A stretch of DNA of 64,000 bases from Eledone cirrhosa (taxonomy: Eukaryota), in the NCBI GenBank assembly GCA_964016885.1, contig OZ024749.1, forward strand, positions 51,088,001 to 51,152,000, read 5' to 3'. A model generated the notes under the pieces. That model made no database searches. It was not told the origin of the DNA and was given only the letters and a program-made list of their open reading frames with translations. How positions within the stretch are numbered: the stretch's first letter is position 1; each line of letters begins with the position of its first letter. This document shows, piece by piece, positions 29,199-44,597 of this stretch. Both the position numbers and the translations under genes were made by a program.

Positions 29199-29394
29199 AT
29201 TATATAAATATATATATATATAATTATATATATATAATTATATATATATAATTGAAAAGGCTTGCTCAACACACAAGACAAACCGCTTGGCGCCGCGTTC
29301 GGGATTTTATATATATATGTATATATATATATATATTCCTACCCATGTTACCGTGGAATATGGACGTTAAACGATGATAATGATGAGGATGATG

Positions 29395-29484
<90 letters not shown>

Positions 29485-29803
29485 TGGGAAATCTTTCCAT
29501 ATATGGAAAAATGTTTCACAAAAAAAAAAAAAACATTTCAAAATCAATGTGCCCTCTACATGGCATTTGTATCTTTAGGGGCCGTGCTTTGAGATGTTTC
29601 GATTAATGTGATAGCATGATTGACTTTCGGTGTACTGCACTGTAGAGAATCACTGAGATAAGGTCATAATGACACCAATATACATTAAGAAAGAATCCAG
29701 CTGCATTGTTTTTTGTGAAAGACACATACATTGGTAGAAAGTTAGACACAAGCGTTCACAAACACATATACAAACATGCCTACACACTCACACCCATATA
29801 TAT

Positions 29804-29896
<93 letters not shown>

Positions 29897-29954
29897 TATA
29901 TATAAATATATATATATAGACATATATATAAATATATATATATATATACATATG

Positions 29955-30054
<100 letters not shown>

Positions 30055-30076
30055 GAAGATGCACACAAACACCCTC

Positions 30077-30136
<60 letters not shown>

Positions 30137-30173
30137 GCAGTTGCATACAAACACATACACACTCACACATATG

Positions 30174-30227
<54 letters not shown>

Positions 30228-30283
30228 TATTTGTATATATATACATGTATATATATATATATTTGTATATCTATATATGTATG

Positions 30284-30356
<73 letters not shown>

Positions 30357-30406
30357 TTATATGTATATATATTGTATATATATTGTATATATATATATAT
30401 GTATAT

Positions 30407-30448
<42 letters not shown>

Positions 30449-30720
30449 GTGCATATATAACGTATTGTTATTCACTTCAATATCTGCTGTTCAACATATA
30501 CTTTCAATGACACTTCAGCAATTGAACATTGTATACAGTTATAATAATAATAATCATTGTTGCTGGATGGGATAGTAGGTTGTGTATGTTTTAGTTTTAT
30601 ATGTTGTTGGTTCTTTTCTCTTACAAACTGAGGGGGAGGAGGAGGAGTATGAGAAGGCGGGAGGAGTGGTGGAGGAGGAGTAGAATGATAATAATAATGA
30701 TGATAATAATAATAATAATA

Positions 30721-30895
30721 ATTGTTTCTTCTTTTGGCACAAGGCCAGCAATTACTCCAGTGTATTACTGGTACTTTATTTTATCGACCCCGTAAGGATG
30801 AAAGGCAAAGTTAACCTCGGCGGGATTTGAACACAGATCATAAAGGGCCGTAACTCTATGCGTCAAAGCATGGCGTCCGAATCTCTACCGATACT
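30721..30895 (-). mobile_element. SINE family A
   Basis: Family consensus with an (ATT)n tail. Confidence 0.85.
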
Positions 30896-30924
30896 TATAA
30901 TAATAATAATAATAATGGTTTCTA

Positions 30925-30985
30925 AAAGAAGAAGAAGAAGAAGAAGAAGAAGAAGAAGAAGAAGAAGAAGAAGAAGAAGAAGAAG

Positions 30986-31076
<91 letters not shown>

Positions 31077-31170
31077 GCGACAACAGCCACAGCAACCACA
31101 ACAACAACCACAACCACATAACCACAACAACCACAGCAACAACAACAACCACCACCGCCACAACAACAAG
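30925..31170. repeat. (GAA)n(CAA)n compound microsatellite
   Basis: Direct reading. Confidence 0.95.
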
Positions 31171-31332
31171 AGTTAGAATGTGGGAGAAGAGAAAGAAGAT
31201 GATGGTGGGGTTTGACAATGTGTTTGTGGCAGTACCAGTAATACACTGGATACTTGCTGGCCTTGTGCCTTAAGTAGAAACAATTATAACTTACAACAGA
31301 ACCTGAACATTGTTTTTCCTTGCCACGTCTTT

Positions 31333-31429
<97 letters not shown>

Positions 31430-31743
31430 TCTAGGGCGGGTAAAATTCCCGAGATATATCTATATATAACTATATTTATATATAACTATATTTATATATA
31501 ACTATATTTATTCTAGAATAAATGTGGTTTTATAAATATAGTTTCCATTTATTTAATATCATTAAATATTTACTCTAGAAACTTGTCGAGTGCTCTGAAT
31601 GAATTAAAAACATTTATATTTGTTGAATTTCCAACAAATTAAATATCACTTCTACTTATATATTTATATGTATATGCAATGAAATATCTATGATCGTTGG
31701 CACATCCATGTGCAACCTGCAGTATTCTTCTCCCCATTTTTTC

Positions 31744-32214
<471 letters not shown>

Positions 32215-32334
32215 GTAACAGAACAGTTAGTTCACCATATCGAGAACATATATATATCGTATGATGATTTCTCCCGAATGAAACAGTTCTAGTCCTGTAG
32301 AAGCCATTTCTATATTAAATATATATATATATAT

Positions 32335-32535
32335 TAGAAAGTGAGTTTTTTTTACAAAATGAAAAATAACCGAGGTGTCCTACACGAGTGAAAGTATAAG
32401 GAAAAAAGATGAAATCGAAAAGGCAACTGGGGTCTTATTTTTCAAAAAATATATATATTTATTTGATTCCTTTACCGGTTTCGCAGTTCTTCTGTTTTTC
32501 AAAAGTAGAGTTGAGATGGAGGGTCTGTGGTTTTT
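32335..32535 (-). mobile_element. dispersed repeat with HHR 3' half (PLE-like)
   Basis: Closely similar copy at 34901-35104. Minus strand GAAAC-cg-GTA followed by aataaa. Confidence 0.65.
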
Positions 32536-32584
32536 CTCACATCTGATGTGAGAAATGCATGTATGTATCATATATGTAAATGTG

Positions 32585-32785
32585 TATTCAATATTATTAA
32601 GGCTAAAAGGTGAGTCTTGTTACCTTGGAGTTTCGCCTGTTTATCACAGTGTCATCATTGTCAGATGACCCTGTGATAAGTAGGCGAAACTCCAGAGTAT
32701 CAAGACTCAATATTTAGCCTTAATAATATTTAATATCAAAACTCTACTTTAGTATTGTGTACTCATTTTTCATAACCGTCAACCA
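32585..32785. mobile_element. diverged fold-back element with HHR-like cores
   Basis: Arms ~32585-32657 / 32664-32735. Plus strand cAGATGA-ccctgtgataagtaggc-GAAAC-tccaga-GTA; minus strand aTGATGA...GAAAC-tccaag-GTA. Helix I is lost at the inversion. Confidence 0.7.
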
Positions 32786-32863
32786 CACACGCACCAGTTG
32801 CTTTCACTTCAATGGCGTAGGATAGAAGAAAGGAAAGGCACAGAAACGAAGAAAGAAATCCCC

Positions 32864-32908
32864 AGTCACTGAAGAGGTCACAGAGTGTGTGACGAAAGAA
32901 CTATGACT
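32864..32908 (+). ncRNA. minimal type I hammerhead ribozyme
   Basis: agtca-CTGAAGA-g-gtcaca(gagtg)tgtgac-GAAA-gaac-TA^tgact; helix I agtca/tgact is perfect. Confidence 0.7.
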
Positions 32909-33055
32909 ATATATATATAAACAACTATCTGGTTGTGGAACCAACCAACCAGAAATTTATAAATTTGTAAATTTATAAATATATAATAAATTAAATTGAA
33001 GTGAAAGCAACTGGTGCGTGTGTTTCTTATTGGCAGCATGACCCTCCCAAAGTAT

Positions 33056-33316
<261 letters not shown>

Positions 33317-33344
33317 TATGTTTATATATATATATAAGTGATGG

Positions 33345-33460
33345 TGTGTGGCTGAGTGGTTAGAGAATTGAATTCGCAATCGTAAGGTTGTGAGTTCGAT
33401 TCCTGGACCAGGCGATGCGTTATGTCCTTCAGCAAGACACTTTATTTCACTTTGCTCCTT
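33345..33460 (+). mobile_element. SINE family B, 5' part
   Basis: tggctgagtggttaga / gagttcgattcct boxes, cttcagcaagacacttt core. Confidence 0.75.
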
Positions 33461-34108
33461 CTACCTGGAGTTGCGACCGATAGATAGTATTAGCAATTGG
33501 AAAGACCAACGGAAACATTGTTCCCTCGATCCGATTTGACGAAAGTCGATCGCCTTAAAAAATAAATATATATATATATACAATTCTATATGTGTGTGTG
33601 TTCGTATTTGTCGTTTGTTCCATCAAACTCGGTGTTGCCTTCAGCATCCAATCCCCCTTGTGAACAATTCATTTAGAAATTTCAATAACATTTCAACACC
33701 TCCTCAATCATCTTACATAATTCACTAACATGGCTGCTCGCATTTGCATAATTACACAAACATGTTCGTACATACACACACACACACACTAACACACACA
33801 CACAGGAGAATAGTCACACAAATACACACAGATGCACACAAATACATGCCCACACATACACTCATACACACACAAGAACACACACACACACACAAATACA
33901 TACACACACAGACACACTCATACACACACACATACACACAGACACACACACACACCCCACACACACCCACACAGTGAATTATCTATTGTCTAAATCTAAG
34001 TTTAGTTGTATTTCACTGATTCGATATTTAATCTCTGAGATTCTTTTTTATTTATTTTTTTTAGTGGGATATTTAATAAAACAACCAATGACAATGTGTA
34101 CTGTATTT

Positions 34109-34158
<50 letters not shown>

Positions 34159-34305
34159 ATATATTTAGAGTATATGTTGGTTGTTTACCAACACCTCAGT
34201 ATGCAGATTGGAGCATTCGACGAGTGCGCAGGTTGGCTTGGTTACTCCGGAATAATGTAAAATAAAATAAATAAGTCAAATATTTAAAATTTGGCTTCGT
34301 TTATT

Positions 34306-34360
34306 ACTGCTATATATATTTCGGTGACAGCCTTCTTTGGCTGTGACCTCTTCAGGAAGT
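34306..34360 (-). ncRNA. type I hammerhead ribozyme
   Basis: acttc-CTGAAGA-ggtcacagcc(aaagaa)ggctgtcacc-GAAA-tatata-TA^gcagt-AATAAA. 9/10-bp helix II with a G-C closing pair; helix I 4/5. Confidence 0.75.
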
Positions 34361-34512
34361 CCGAATTGGTGTGGTAGAGACAGGTGCACTTGTTGTTGAG
34401 GTGTTTAACTCCGTCAATACTCCGATATGCCCAGTTCCTTGTTGGCTTGTTATTTCTCTGAGGAACTGGAATCATATATATATATATGCACATTTGTACG
34501 CATGTAGGTAAG

Positions 34513-34564
<52 letters not shown>

Positions 34565-34749
34565 AATCTACCAAAATATACGGTAGTGTCCAATCCGTAT
34601 GAAGAACTCAATGTAATCCAAATATCATGAAAAGAGAAGATGCATTCAAAAATTTACGATAAAAATCATAGGAAAAAAGAGTCAAGATAAATTTTTAAAA
34701 AAAACAATGAAATAAAAACAAAGAACAAGTTCCTTATATTAAAAAATTC

Positions 34750-34880
34750 ATCATTTTACGATCGTTTCTGGGATGTATATGTGTGTTGGTATGTATATCA
34801 TATAGATCTATGTAAAAATATTAAAAATTATCAGAGGAAATATACATACCTTCACATATACATGTCGTCCTCAGAATATA
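34750..34880 (-). ncRNA. hammerhead-like motif with very long helix II
   Basis: CTGAGGA..atgtatatgtg..ggtatgtatat / atatacatacc..cacatatacat..GAAAC-gatc-GTA; palindromic acgatcgt; helix I weak. Confidence 0.55.
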
Positions 34881-35323
34881 TACATATTACATATATATAT
34901 TAGAAAGTGAGGTTTTTTACAAAATGTAAAAAAAGAAAAACGCGGTGTCCTACACGAGTGAAAGTATAAGGAAAAAAGATGAAATCGAAAAATGCAACTG
35001 GAGTCTTTTTTTTTTTTTAAATATATATTTATTTGGTTCCTTTACCGGTTTCGCAGTTCTTCTGCTTTTCAAAAGTAGAATTGAGATGGAGGTTTTGTGG
35101 TTTTATATATATATAAATTTATCCCGGGTTTAATCTGGGGTAACCACAGTAAGTAAGGTACTCAATACATAGCAGAGTATAAATATTTAATATAAAAATG
35201 GCTTCTACAGGACTAAAACTGTTTATTTCGGGAGAAATCTATTTGTCGACGATGCTCTATTAGAGAAACAGGTAAATTGGACCAAATTATTTACAATTAT
35301 TTCTAAATGTCTAAAGTCTGCAT

Positions 35324-35590
35324 TAAGCCAGAAGGCTCATTTGGCCGATGCTTATCCCGGTTTCATGGCGTGAAGTGACTGAGAGTACAAGACTCCCCCG
35401 CTGGACAAGACGCCAGTCCATCGCAGGGTAAAACCCCCAGCAATTGCTGGTACTCATTTTCAGCTGAGTATACCGGAGCAACGTGAAATGAAGTGTCTTG
35501 CTCAAGAACACAACACGCAACCCAGGAATCGAACCTACGACATTACGATCGTTAGTCCAACACCCTTATCACTAGGCCACGTGCCTCCAC
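35324..35590 (-). mobile_element. tRNA-derived SINE with Meta/V-like core
   Basis: Minus strand tggcctagtgataag / ggttcgattcct boxes, cttgagcaagacactt, cctgcgatggactggcgtcttgtccag. Confidence 0.75.
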
Positions 35591-37880
35591 TACAATTATT
35601 TACATACCTACAATAAATGGATAGACAGCAACAAATGGTCTACGATGCCAGGATCAAACAACCGTTAGACTTAGAAGACAGATACAGATAACATAACGGA
35701 TACAACGCTTGAAGAAGAATTATAAAGAGAGATATATTTGCTTTGTAGTGAGTGTGTTTTACTATTTTGGGCAATATTAGAACGAAATGACCCTCCTCAA
35801 ATATAAAGAGTGCTGGAATGTCACTCATCAAGTGATCATAGAGCTGCTCAATCGGAGCTAAAATGGGGTTAATCAACAAAACAACTACATCATTAACATC
35901 AATCTACTTCTCTTAGTCGGACAATAATCCAACATGGTAAATTTCCTGTTAATTGAGTGAAACTAGTCGAAACGGTTCTTGAAAATCACGTGACTGGGCT
36001 TCTCGTTTGATTTGGAAATTGTCCTGATCTGAAATTGATTAGAAATTGATAACTAAGTGATTATTAAATCAAAGTTCAGTTTTAAAACTTTTATAAAGTG
36101 TAGAAAGTTAATTTTTCTTTTTCTTTTTTCCTCATTTTTTTCTTTTTTTTTTCTTTTTTTGGGGGGAGGTTTATGAAGATTAGTTTTAAAAAAAAACAAT
36201 AATTAAACCCTGCATTATTCAAAACGCATGCTGACAATATGATTAAAAGGATTAAAAATGAACAAGATAATTATGCCAGAAGCATTAATTATTAAATTTT
36301 TGTTGTGAATAAAAATAAATTCTAATTTTTTATCTGAATGCAATGATTCAATTTCAAGAGAAATAAAAACATTTTAAATCAATGAATTATATTCGTGTTT
36401 TCTTTTTTTATCACAATGTATGCGCAGGAGTGTTTGAGAGTTTAGTATGTGAGGGATTTTGTGTGTAAATGTATGTAAGAGTATTTCTTGTATGTGTGCA
36501 AGTGTACGTGTGTGTATTAATAAATAGATAATATAAAATCGCCATTACCTGTTAATCTACAAGTATCCTTGGGAGCTAACTTGCACTTGTGACAATGGAG
36601 GAATCTCTTTGGAGTCGTTCATTCTGCTAAAAACTACAGTCAAATATTCCCTAAATTATAGCCAACCATCTTAGAAAAAAAAGGACATATAGGATAATAT
36701 ATATAATCATGGTTTGAGATTTAGCCAACAATCGACCCCAGTATATTACTGGTACTTTATTTTTATCGACCACGTAAGGATGAAAGGTAAAGGTAACCTC
36801 AGTGGGATTTAAACTCGGACCGTAAAGGACAATAACTCAACTGCCAATCCACCGAACTGATAATATATATAATAATGGATATGAAAAAAGACGGGATAGT
36901 TATGGAGGGAATATATTTGATCATAGGCCTGCTCAATCAAAGCTGACTCTGGGTTACAGACTACCGAAAACGTTAAATCACCCAAATGTCCTTAAAAAAG
37001 CAAGGACACGTTGAATGGCGTAGTTCTAGACACTCTGTGTTCGAGTAAAAGGTTGTGTAATCGTGGCAGAGTGGTTAGGACATCGGATAGAATGCTTTGC
37101 GGTGTTCAATCCAGCTCGCTGCTCTCTCAGGTCAAATTCCGCCGAGGTCAACATAACTTTTTCATCTATTCAAGGTCGATAAAACAGTACGAGTCAAATA
37201 CTGAGGCGGTTGATTCTTTCTCTGTATCTCTTTCTTGCTTCCTTTCTCTCAAGGTTAACTTTGCCTTTCATCCTTACGGGGTCGATATAATAAAGTACCA
37301 GTAATGCAGTGGGATAATTGCTGGCCTGGTGCCAAAAGTAGAAACAATTATCTGGAAGAAATCTGCTGTGTTCGGACCTGGAGAGGTAATGGCCTCTGCC
37401 AGATTTAAAAAGTGCCCTAAGGAACACCGTATGTCAATATTGCGCCCCTACTACTCACTCGGAAGTTAAGGGTTTATACCATACCATGCAAGTCATGAAT
37501 TAGTACTTGACTGATACATCTTATTTCATTGATCCTGGAATCAGTAGAGTCAAACTTTCTCTCTAGCGAATTTGAACTTGGAACATAAAGTTTCTTAACT
37601 AAATACTACAATGAACTTAGTTCTCTTTCGTCCCCGACATTCTACACGGTAAGTCTATGTGGTCGCTTGGCCTGCTGGATATAGATGATTGCGGCCACAG
37701 TGATGTTGGTCCCGGATTTGATGATAACGATAATGATGATGATGCTGGTGCTGGTAACGGTGATAGTGGTGTTATAGCTGGTAACGCTGGAGATCTTTAT
37801 GGAGGTGCATTTGTAATATATATAATATTTAAATTTTTTTTTCTATATTTCAGATTATTTTGTCCATATTGTCTAACCTT

Positions 37881-38068
37881 GGTGGATTGGCAGTATCGGT
37901 AGAGGGTCTGATGCCATGCTTTGCAGTAAAGAGTTACGGCCCTTTATGGTCTGAGTTCAAATCCCACCGAGATTAACTTTGCCTTTCATCCTTACGGGGT
38001 CGATAAAATAAAGTACCAGTAATGCACTGGGATAATTGCTGGCCTGGTGCCAAAAGTAGAAACAATTA
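37881..38068 (+). mobile_element. SINE family A, full length
   Basis: ggtggattggcagtatcggtag...gagttcaaatccc...gtagaaacaatta. Confidence 0.85.
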
Positions 38069-39221
38069 CCTACCACCTCAATTCTATTCCATCCCATTCT
38101 ACACACTCTAATATTCACCTTTCCCTTTCTATCCTATTATTCTCCTACTGTTTCTATTCCATCCCATCCTATTCCAATCTCATCCCATTCTGTTCTTCTC
38201 TATTCCATCGCATTCCATTCTATTATAATATTCACCATTCCATTCCATTCTATTATAATATTCACCATTCCATTCTATTATAATATTCACTGTTCTATTA
38301 TATTCTATTGTATTCCATCCGTTTCCATTCCATCCAATTCTGATCCTCTATTCGCTTCCAATCTAATGCTATTCTCTTCTATTCCAATCCATTTCGTTCA
38401 AATCTTCTCTATTCTATTCCTGGAAATTGAATAAACCATCACAAGATATATGACATTTCATTAAGCGATATCTGTTTAATCAATGTCAGTTCATGTCCAA
38501 TCAGAACCTCCCATGCCGCCTAACGCATCGCACATACACATACACACACATCGCACATACACACACATCGCACATACTCACACATCACAGATACACATAC
38601 ACACACACATACACACACATCGCACATACACATACATACTCACACATCGCAGATACACATACACACACACATACACACACATTGCAGAGTCACATACACA
38701 CACACATACAGACACACATCACAGATACACATATTCACATCGCAGATACACATACTAACATACACACACACACACATATATATAAATATATATATGTGTG
38801 TGAGTATGTATGTAGTATGTATATATATATATATACATACACACATATATATATATGATATAGGCACAAACACACACACACACACACACACACATCCCAG
38901 ACACACACATATACTTAAGCACAGACAAACACATACATACATCCACCTCTACCACCATCACCACCACCACCACCTCTACCACCACCAACACCACCACCTC
39001 TACCACCACCACCTCCTCTACCACCACCAACACCACCATCACCACCACCACCCACCCCCACCCCCACTACCACCACCACCCCCACCACCACCACCACCCC
39101 CACCAGTTGTCAACCTGACAGTTTGTGTTAAATAACATCAAGGTGATATCTAAATTAACTGAGTGATGAACAATGGAATAATTAGTGACACACTAGAAAT
39201 TAGATTTGGTGTGGTCATCTA

Positions 39222-39683
<462 letters not shown>

Positions 39684-39833
39684 CAAGAACACCAGCAGCA
39701 ACAACAGTAGCAACAGCAGTACTGACGTTAACAGCAGCAGCAACACCAGCTGGGGGGGGGGGGGGTGAAAGAAAATCAGAGTCCGGGCGGGGATCATGTG
39801 TGAATGTAAGTATGAGAGTCTGGAAGGAAGCGA

Positions 39834-39911
<78 letters not shown>

Positions 39912-40699
39912 ATACCTTAACGGTTCAAGTTTTTCTTATATATATATATAAAAATGGTGTATATATATTTTATCAAATGATTCTATGGACATACTTTATT
40001 GTATATTGCTCTGATTGTTGATTATTTAATTAATTAATTCGTCATTGAGCCACATCGTGAATGGTTTCCCAAAAAAAACATATATATATATATCTATGAC
40101 TTTCTCTAGTTTGTGTATATGTAAATCTTTATATTTGATAATCTCCCATATGGTTGAGATGGAATTTAGGCAATATTAGGCTGCGCTTTCTAGCAACCAG
40201 CCCACTCGCCGTAAGGCACCAATCACATTCTTTCTGACTTTACCACTGCCACGTCTCAGTTCTTAGCCATTTTCAATTCGTCTCTGGCGGGGATCATTTA
40301 AGAAAAATCTTCGTCCATGTGAGTTTGTTTCCTGGTGATTTCGAAGCTCGTGAATTTATCCTTGATCGGATATTTCCAAAAGCGAATGAAATCCCACGAG
40401 GTAGAAACGTAATTTTGGTATGTTTATATACCTTGTTTCTTCTAACTTTTATTTTATACCTAATTGTGTATGGTTGACGATATATTTAATCGATTCCCAC
40501 GTGCTATTGGAAATGCTGGGTAAATATTCTATGGCTGTTGATCGCGAATAGATAGCTGTCGTTTATTTATCTATTATTTCTTCATAGGAGTCTCTTAATC
40601 TTATAGCCTGCTTTAATTGGTTTTTTGTGTGGTTGATTATGCTGATTGGGAGAGGAAATGGTGTATATATTTTATCAAATGATTCTATGGATATACTTT

Positions 40700-40767
<68 letters not shown>

Positions 40768-41219
40768 AAAAGAGTACCAATATACAAACACACACAAACA
40801 CACAGATATACAAACACCCAAACACACAAACACGCAAACACAAACCCAAACACACATATATACAAATATACAAAGCTACAAACAGAATCATACAGTGATA
40901 TAAAAAAACAAACACGAGAAAATCTATAACAGAAATCTATAAGACAGAGAAAACATTGAAAATATGTGAAAATATAGCGAACCAACTTACAAGCAATTGA
41001 CACAAATAACATATAATAAATATGATCTTAAAAGTTAAGTGACAAATTACATTTCGTAGTTGTAGAAAACTTAAAAAGATTCTACACCATAATCTCTATT
41101 TGATATGTTGCGTCAAGATGACGCTTGTGAAGAGATTACTGATGGAGACTTGATAGTTTTCTTAATGATGTCATGCACGTTTGAATATGTATGTGAGTAT
41201 ATATATGGGTATATATTTC

Positions 41220-41256
<37 letters not shown>

Positions 41257-41595
41257 AATGAAGTATTTCCGTAGGAAAGGTAAAGGAAAAGAGATAGCTC
41301 TATGTAGGTTACAGAGCTTTTTAGTTATGTAATAATCAACGATGAAATAATTATCTTATGTTGTTTATTACATAAATATATATATATAGAGAGAGAGATA
41401 GATAAATATATATATATATATGTATGTATACGCGTGTGTGTATATACATATATATATATGTATGTGTGTATGCATATATATATATATATATATACATATG
41501 TGTGTGTGTGTGTATGTATATATGTGTGTATGCATAAATATATATATATATATATACATATGTGTGTGTGTGTGTATGTATATATGTGTGTATGC

Positions 41596-41645
<50 letters not shown>

Positions 41646-41696
41646 ATGTAGATATATATATGTGTGTGTGTGTAGATATATGAAGATGAGTGTATC

Positions 41697-41736
<40 letters not shown>

Positions 41737-41776
41737 GATATGTATGTATATGTTTATATGCGTATATATAACTATG

Positions 41777-41811
<35 letters not shown>

Positions 41812-42001
41812 ATATGTATGTGTGTGTGTACGTCTATCCGTATCTGTATGTATATCTACACCGCTTAACAACCTGTTTTGGTTGTTTATATCAGGTATTC
41901 TATATCTTAATGTTCCTGAAGTAGGAAGACTTTTGAAACTAAAGAATTAGAAATGAATCGAGTTTTGTCATTGAAAACATACAAACGTGGTTGCGTTATC
42001 A

Positions 42002-42750
42002 ATACATACACATATACACACATACACACATATACAAACACACACAAACACACACAAATACACATATATATGCACACACATACAAATACACACAAACACA
42101 CACAAACACACACACACATATACACACATACAAATACATTCAAACACAAACAAACACACACATATACACATATACACATATACAAACACACACAAACACA
42201 CACATATATGCACACACATACAAATACACACAAACACACACACACATATACACACACATACAAATACACACAAACACACAAACACACACAAACACACACA
42301 TACACACATATACAAACACACACAAACACACAAATATATGCACACATACAAATACTCACAAACACACATGAACACACACACATACAAATACACACAAACA
42401 CACACAAACACACACACATATACAAACTCACACAAACACACACAAACACACACAAACACACACAAACACACACAAACACACACACATATACAAACTCACA
42501 CAAACACACACATATATGCAACACATACAAATACACACAAACATACACAAACATACAAATATACACAAACACACACAAACACACACAAACACCCACAAAC
42601 ACACACACACACATATATGCACACGCATACAAATACACACAAACACACACATATACACACACATACAAATACATACGAACACACACGCATGTTCACGCAC
42701 ACACAGATGCACACACACTAACACACACGCTCTCACGTACACACATGCAT
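42002..42750. repeat. degenerate (CA)n/(CAAA) tract
   Basis: Direct reading. Confidence 0.9.
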
Positions 42751-42999
42751 ACATAGATATTTGATTATAAGAAATTTCTTTTGGTTACTCAAGGTCACAT
42801 CATGTCACACAAGTGTACAGTTCCTCCTTCCCCTTCCCTCAACTTCTCCCTCTCTCTTCCCTCTCTCCTCCCTCTCCCTTTACCCTCATCCTCTCCCTCT
42901 TCTTCCCCCTATCTCTCTCCACCTCTCTTTCCCCTTCGCTCTCTCCCGCTCTACATCTCAAAGAGATGTTGGAGAGGATGAAGAGAGGGTACGAAGATT

Positions 43000-43478
43000 T
43001 TGCTCTCCTTGCTCTCCTTGCTCTCCTTGCTCTCCTTTTCTCCTTGCTCTCCTTACTCTCCTCGCTCTCCTAGCTCTCATTTTATCCTAGCTCTCCTTGC
43101 TCTCCTTTTCTCCTTGCTCTCCTTGCTCTCCTTGCTCAATTGTTCACTGCTCTCCTTGCTCTCCTTTTATCATTGCTCTCCTTGCTCTCTTTTTATCATT
43201 GCTCTCCTTGCTCTCCTTTTATCATTGTTCTCCTTGCTCTTATTGCTCTCCTTTTCTCATTACTCTCCTTGCTCTCCTTTTCTCATTACTGTCCTTGCTC
43301 TCCTTTTCTCATTGCTCTCCTTGCTCTCCTTTTCTCATTGCTTTCCTTGCTCTCCTTTTCTCATTACTGTCCTTGCTCTCCTTTTCTCATTGCTCTCCTT
43401 GCTCTCCTTGCTCTCATTGCTTTCCTTGCTCTCCTTTTCTCCTTAGTCTCCTTTTCATCTTGCTCTCCCTTTCTCCTT
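43000..43478. repeat. (TTGCTCTCC)-based minisatellite
   Basis: Direct reading. Confidence 0.9.
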
Positions 43479-43514
43479 GTATCTATGTACTTGTTTATAT
43501 ACAATATGTATATA

Positions 43515-43712
43515 AACAATATAAAGTCTTTCCATCTCACATGATCCAACAGAAACTGTCTCAGTTCTTCAGCAGATAATTCTGTATCTTCCTCAATGAC
43601 TTCCTTTAATGTCCTGAGAGGTCTTCCACGTTTGCGTTTCACATTGGAGAGCTCCCATACTTAAATATTTGTAGCAGGTTCGCTGCATTTCATGACATCA
43701 CCAGCAAGTTGA
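43515..43712 (-). pseudogene. RTE-clade LINE ORF2 C-terminal relic
   Basis: LAGDVMKCSEPATNI*VWELSNVKRKRGRPLRTLKEVIEEDTELSAEELRQFLLDHVRWKDF. Confidence 0.7.
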
Positions 43713-44119
43713 AAATATTTGATTATTTTCATAATAATTTGAAAATCATAAACAATAACTTTCATTCGAAATGTTGTATTGAAATATCAAGCTATCATCA
43801 CCAAAAAGCTTCTATTTTCCCCCTCCACTCCATTACCATTCCTCGCTTTACTCAACTCCATCTCTAAATTTTAATGAAACACCTTCACTGTGAAAAAATT
43901 AAACGATAATACCTTATAACAGGTTATGTGTTTCATAGTCCATCAGTTTTAGGGCATTTATTGTGGTAGTGAATGGTAATGGTGGTACTATCGAAGTGAA
44001 GAGTAGAAGGAGGGTCTGTTTATTTATTAAATTTATTAAACTATTCTATTCAATTTTTTCTAGGTGTTGTATTATGTCATACCTGCCACATATATATATA
44101 TATATTTATATATATATAT

Positions 44120-44196
<77 letters not shown>

Positions 44197-44597
44197 CAAG
44201 TAAGAATATTTTCGAAACAGCGAGTGGGTTTGAAATTATTAGAAATGTAAGCTATCGCCGTATTTTGACTAAAGAAATTAAAGAAATTATTTAGCCTGAT
44301 AGTGGGGTTAAGAACCCTCGGAGAAATGGAAAAAGATGAGTATTGATGTACATGTTTGTTTACCTGTCTCTCTTTCTCCACCCAATTCTTTTTATCCCAA
44401 TAACTTATTTTAGTTATTGTTCGCGCTAGTCTGAGGTATCTGGTCTTTGATGCGAAGAAATACCTATGATGGCTAGTAGACCACTTATGATGGATAGTCC
44501 TGGCTTCTATTTCTAATTTCTGTATATCACATTTGCAGCAACACAGCACGCCATTTTTCATTCCTATATATATATATATATATCGTGATAGATGTAA

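Noticed and set aside
34284-34470. Apparent minus-strand exon (PQRNNKPTRNWAYRSIDG...)
   Set aside because: It runs into a hammerhead and AATAAA in a TA-flanked element, so it is better explained as a PLE-like fragment.
35942-35972. tttc-CTGTTAA-ttgagt-GAAAC-ta-GTC-gaaa
   Set aside because: Two core positions are mutated; at most an inactive relic, so it is not listed as a feature.
44195-44565. TA-flanked segment with CTGATAG / CTGAGGT as possible HHR cores
   Set aside because: The cores are imperfect and I could not build the three helices. GLKLLEM*AIAVF only weakly suggests a PLE C-terminus.
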